Of a stretch of 64,000 nucleotides of DNA, positions 59,089 to 64,000 are shown one piece after another. The stretch comes from Botryllus schlosseri (lineage: Eukaryota). The position numbers and the translations under genes are program-made. The DNA lies in the NCBI GenBank assembly GCA_051294905.1, contig CM119372.1, forward strand, positions 25,048,001 through 25,112,000, given 5' to 3'. The notes beneath the pieces were generated by a model. It saw only the letters and a list, made by a program, of their open reading frames with translations, did not search any database and was not told the DNA's origin. Positions within the stretch are counted from its first letter, which is position 1. Every line of letters starts with the position of its first letter.

Positions 59089-62000
59089 AGTACGGTAATT
59101 GTAACAGTTCCGGTAGCAAGATGCGATGTTTTCGAATACTGAAATAGCTGTTTCATGCGGCTATTGGTATTCCTTGTACTGATCAATTCTGGTATATCAG
59201 AAGCAACGTGACTTGTGAATCCCGTTGCATGCAATGAAATCCGTGAGAACCCCTGGCCTATATTAATGTTAACGAAACCTATAGCGACGACTCGGGCCAC
59301 ATAATGTCACAATGCTGCAGTACATATTGACGCTTTAAACGTCTGCAAACGTATTAACTGGGTCAATCAAATGATAGATAACCCCATAAAATCAATATCT
59401 TCCGTCGCTTTGCTAAAATTACGACGAGTACTTGCAAGGGAATGTAGGCTATGCTTACGCCTTTAACGGTCTAGGCCCGACCGGACGATGTATTCGGCGT
59501 CTGAGTATTGCTACGTTGATATTGAGCAGAGTGTAAAACGGGTTTCTATACTTGCTACCGATATTAACCCATTAACAAGTTATACAGCAGTAGACAACAC
59601 CCCAATCGCATGGAGTTGGTTTTTATGTTACAATAAACATATGAAATCAAGATTGACGCCGTACGCCTGCTAGATTTTTTACATCAGACAATATCAATTC
59701 CATTGATTGGTTGAATAAGCATCATTCGCTGACTACCTACATGTGTTGTATTTCGCTCTTGATGTTGTGTGATTGCGGGTCAAGCTCGCAGCAGAGAGTC
59801 ACTAAATATTCGAGCAAAGTTTTGTAACAAAGCGAGTAAAATTTTTGAGATTGTCAAGGTGCATACTCGTATAGTGTTGTTTTTAAGTTGCCAGCACCAT
59901 GCGTATAGTGGGCCCGCAGTTGAAATGCAATAAAGTTTAACCAAAGATATTATAACGATGTGGAAATTGTAATATATGAAAAAGGTTCACAGTCCGGAAC
60001 CTACCAAGGTTCGTTTGAACGTAAACCGCTAAATTTCTGAGGTTCAAACACAGAACGCGAACGTAAACCTCGCGTTCACACCATCCCGAGACTAATCATT
60101 ACTTAGTAACATATCATTTCTCTTTCAGAGACGATTAACCGTTATCAGATCTGTTTAACTTCTCCACTATGCGTTCATAACCAGTTCGTAGAAATGTTCT
60201 TCGATGTCGCGTGAGCTCGTGATTACTTAGACATCGCAAATCAATGCCTGGTCCCGTCCGTCAAGTAACAGCTTAAACATTGACTCGTTTTTTCGTGCTA
60301 TCACGTTGAATCTGAGCGCGTGATTCCGGAATCTCCTCACAGGACGTGTAGGGCTAAAGTAAGCGATATTTGAATCTTGAATCGACCTGACGCCAAGAAA
60401 TCTTACCAGATCTAACTTGGGAAGATATCCGAAAATGAAATCTGTAATTTCTGGGCAAATGTACAGTACGTATGGTTAATCTGCGGGTAGCGGGTGATAA
60501 CATTGGTATATACTAGGGACCAGTTGTGGGGTAGTCGTAATGGATTGCTTTGTAAGAGATCGATTTCTCCACGTGTTAGTTTTCGAAAAACGCAACTCCC
60601 ATAAACTGAGCAAGTGAACATATGATTCGATCGAGGAGTGGTGCGACATATCAAATTAGTTTTAGTAGAAACGCTGGATTTGTAAACCTCGCTGTTGATT
60701 CGATCACAATCTAAGTTATGCTTGTGAATTGCGTCGTAACAAATTGATAACACTACACATGCCATGGTTGATGTATATTCAATACACGACTGCGAACGTG
60801 CTGGTATGATTCAGAGAACCGTCGCCCTGCCGTATTTCTCGTCGTCAACGGGTACCGGTAGCTCGCAGATGGAGGATGATGCGCACCGCTCTGCTCGGGC
60901 CTGAACTTTTTTGATTCATGCACGACGCACGTCGACCGTTGATACTATGATCGCAATTAGATAGTTTTAACTGTAATCGTTGTCGATTGCATTGTAGCGT
61001 TAATCGACACACGTCTGGTGCTGTAATTTCGTTAGTAGATTTTTTGCGTTTTGTTTTCCAAATTGATATCTGGCATTGGTGTCTTGAAACACCAACAATA
61101 TCGCCACAAGCTACGAGAAACGGAGTTTATCTACCTCTTCAATTGAGCGATAACTATTGAGAAAAGAACAGACCTATGATTTTGGCACGAAGTCCGATGT
61201 TGATCTTATGGCTGGCATGAGTCATTAGGACAAACTGAAAGGACGCCGTGTGAATAACTGTGCGCCGTGTCATGACGCTTTTGTGATTACGTGCACACTC
61301 GGGACATGACATGCCAGATTTGGCGAGGTGTCTTTTGTCGCTGTCCCATGTCAGGCTGAGACTGTCAAAAGTGGACCGTGTCTTGTTTTTTTCCTCTTTA
61401 CGCGCAAACGAAACGAGTTGCCGATGGCCGATGCATGCGTTAGTCAGCAAATAGTCGATTTCCTCCGCGTAGAAGTGGCGGTTTGTTTTGATGCAAAGCG
61501 TCAGCGTTTAGTTGTGATGCGTTATAGATAATATTTCAGTTTTAGCGCAGTGCGGTGTTACGTACCAGCAACGCGGTTTCATGCAGTCTTTTAACTGGCC
61601 GTGTGTCCATTACGACTGTGGTCGTGTGCGGTTCTGGGTGAGGTTGTGACGCGAGGCTTGACAGTTGTGACTTTTTAACCACATCGATTATTGTGCGACC
61701 TTTGTAGCGTTCATCTTGATCGCTGTGAGGCATGCGGCATAATTTGCACCCACCAAAAGCCTGGGTCCCTATTTCTGATCCGCAGACGAATTAGAATTTA
61801 GTTGGCCAAGTTCTACGTGCAGATTCAGAGAATTTTTGATGTGCTAGCAAGTATACTATGTAAAGGGCACACAGGGTCGAAAAACGCAGCCCTGCTATGC
61901 TTCAAAGCAGGAGTTTTCAGCCTTAATCACTACCGGCGTCCGCGTCAGACTATTTCGTAGAAGGGACCGATATATTGTGAATTCTCTGGTTTAGATGTGC

Positions 62001-64000
62001 GATGAAACGTCTGACATTTCTAGTAAATGCCGCGTTGACTGTCTACCGATATCATGAAGTTAGCGGTGTATACCGGATCGGGAATTGAACGCTCTCTTCT
62101 GACTTGTGGTTAATGGTTCTCTTTTGGTGGCATTCTTATTTCATCGATGTTCAGCACATGCGCAATTATGTCCAGTACTGTGTATTAGTCGTTACTTTTT
62201 ACGACGTACTCGCGTGGTGATGCACCATCACCCAATTCCGTGGCAATAACTCCGAAACTGAAGAACCCCACACACTACGCCGTGGGCAAGTGACTTTGGC
62301 GGATATAGCGAGACCAGCGATTCAGGTCGTACAGTACCGCTCGCTACTATACGATCAGCCCTGGCGTTTGAATGGGGCATAAAGCATCGCCCTCTTTAAA
62401 ATTCCAATCGTTAAGCGCGACCAACAACTATCGCCGAGCTCCCATTGTTTGTGTCATCGCTATTAGAATTGATTCACGTCTTGTCAATTGATTTTTCAAT
62501 CGTCGCTAATAAGAGGGTTCTAGTGATCTTATTTATAGTCGCATAGCCTATTGTTTTGTTCCAATGTAAGCCGAAACGGTAGAGTCAACTCGTTCGATTT
62601 TATGATTTACCAGCGGACGAGGGTTGTACGTACAGAAAGAAGCATAACGTTTTGATTTCAAATGTGTTGGAACATCCAACTCCCTGTGTAGCTCGGGCGC
62701 ATTAAAATATGGATCATAAAGCAGACTTTGACAATGAGATAATTAGACTCTGATGCGACTTTTGTTGTATTTCATTCTAATTCGGAATGTAATTCAGTTC
62801 CCAAGTTTTTTGCGAATAAAGTAATTCTAATTCTAATCTCATTTGGCACAAAGTGTGTGTCGGTTTTCTAACTCTCATCTAATTTAGAATAGATGAAAAT
62901 TTTCTAATGGTCCGGTTCTGCCACGAAGCTACGATATCTGTTGAGACTGTGTAATGTGTGTTCAAGTTTTCAACAATCGTGACACGACGAGCGACAATCG
63001 ATGATCAATAATGATCACGATTAAGACGATTCCCAGACACACGAGTAGTGGCGTGAGTCAGCATGGCCTGTTCAACTCACTGAAATGGTTCGGTTATTCA
63101 GGCAAATCCGTGCCCGTTATCATTACCATGGACGCCAGGCAGTTTGAATGCGAGATTGATTCAACCGACAGCGATGGTTGTAACTAGGGCTTTGCAAAGT
63201 AGGAAATTTAGTGTCACGAACTATGACGTGAGTGAACACGAAATGTGAAGTTAAAATATGTGCAATTCATACAAAGACACTAATTTCAGTAACACTTGTC
63301 AAAATTAATATTTTAATGTTTGCTACCCATACCTATGATGACATGGCGCCTTGTGTTAGGGCTGTTGGTTGATCCCTTTACAGCTTGAAGCCTATCAGAT
63401 TTAGCGATTAAAGCTTGTTTCCTTCAACTCTGATAGCCAACTAGCCAATATGGTAGGTTTTCCAGCAGCCGCTCAGTTATGTAGTTGGTTCGTATGTCCG
63501 TGTCCAGTGCAGACTGGAAGTCCCTGACCTTATAATTAGCCGGGCTGCGATTATGCTACGATGGGATTGCATAATCCGCTCTCCACGTAGTTACCTGCGA
63601 AAGTCTACTTTCAGGCGAAGATAGTAAGATGAAAACCTCTTGAATGCCACTGTTGTGGAATTAAAGTATCAGCGCGCCACGATACTTATCTTTCGTGCTC
63701 GTTCTACGTATAAATATATCTATATCACTGTTCAAACCGCGTCACGGGTCGCTACCAAGACTCGCCTCGCGACTTCGCTGACAACACACGACACGATTTT
63801 AAACGGACAAGTAAACTCACTTGAAGCACACTCGCCGTTGTAACAAACAAATCATGTTTTATTTATAACTGTCGCGATCGACTGGCAATGTCGACAGACA
63901 TAGTGTTTTCGTTATTCCCCCGTCTGCGTTGGGTAGTAGGCCTAACCATCACAGTTGTCACATCACGGCTTATTTCCGCCCAGATAAAGCCGCCCGTCTC

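Noticed and set aside
53376-63355. Exact inverted 14-mer cacaaggcgccatg (53376-53389) / catggcgccttgtg (63342-63355)
   Set aside because: About one such 14-mer match is expected by chance in a 17-kb region (roughly 17000 squared over 4^14), and the flanks do not extend the match.
1525-63843. Remaining entries of the six-frame ORF track
   Set aside because: They are short, often start at TTG/GTG, and are mostly antisense shadows of exons or read through repeats and introns; no supporting motifs.

Overview
Eukaryotic (animal) genomic DNA: AT-rich, intron-rich, minimum introns about 55-66 nt. The gene models and the Penelope fragment suggest an invertebrate chordate such as an ascidian, but that is inference only. 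Four genes are supported by hand translation with phase-consistent GT-AG junctions. (1) The 3' part of an inversin-like IQ-motif gene (+, 7 exons, 546-7823, possibly continuing). (2) A TOM7 gene with an uninterrupted CDS (-, 12693-12851). (3) A SKA2-like gene with an uninterrupted CDS (+, 18070-18471). (4) XRN1 (+, at least 31 coding exons, 19673-45883, 1528 codons; the last exons are unresolved). Introns hold many non-autonomous DNA transposons (several hAT-type families with intact 8-bp TSDs, one Kolobok-like element, long-TIR elements), a tRNA-derived SINE and a decayed Penelope-like GIY-YIG fragment. About 47-64 kb has no recognisable gene and is CpG-rich, with a second SINE copy and a probable decayed LINE end. 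No CRISPR, rRNA or true tRNA genes were seen, and most of the ORF track is noise. I cannot demonstrate a new biological system. The best lead is the TOM7 / SKA2 / XRN1 5' architecture: each ORF is preceded by a splice acceptor, which could reflect a shared leader exon, SL trans-splicing or an operon. Other leads are a stop-start overlapping uORF on SKA2 and several long intronic RNA hairpins in XRN1. All coordinates and counts were made by hand.
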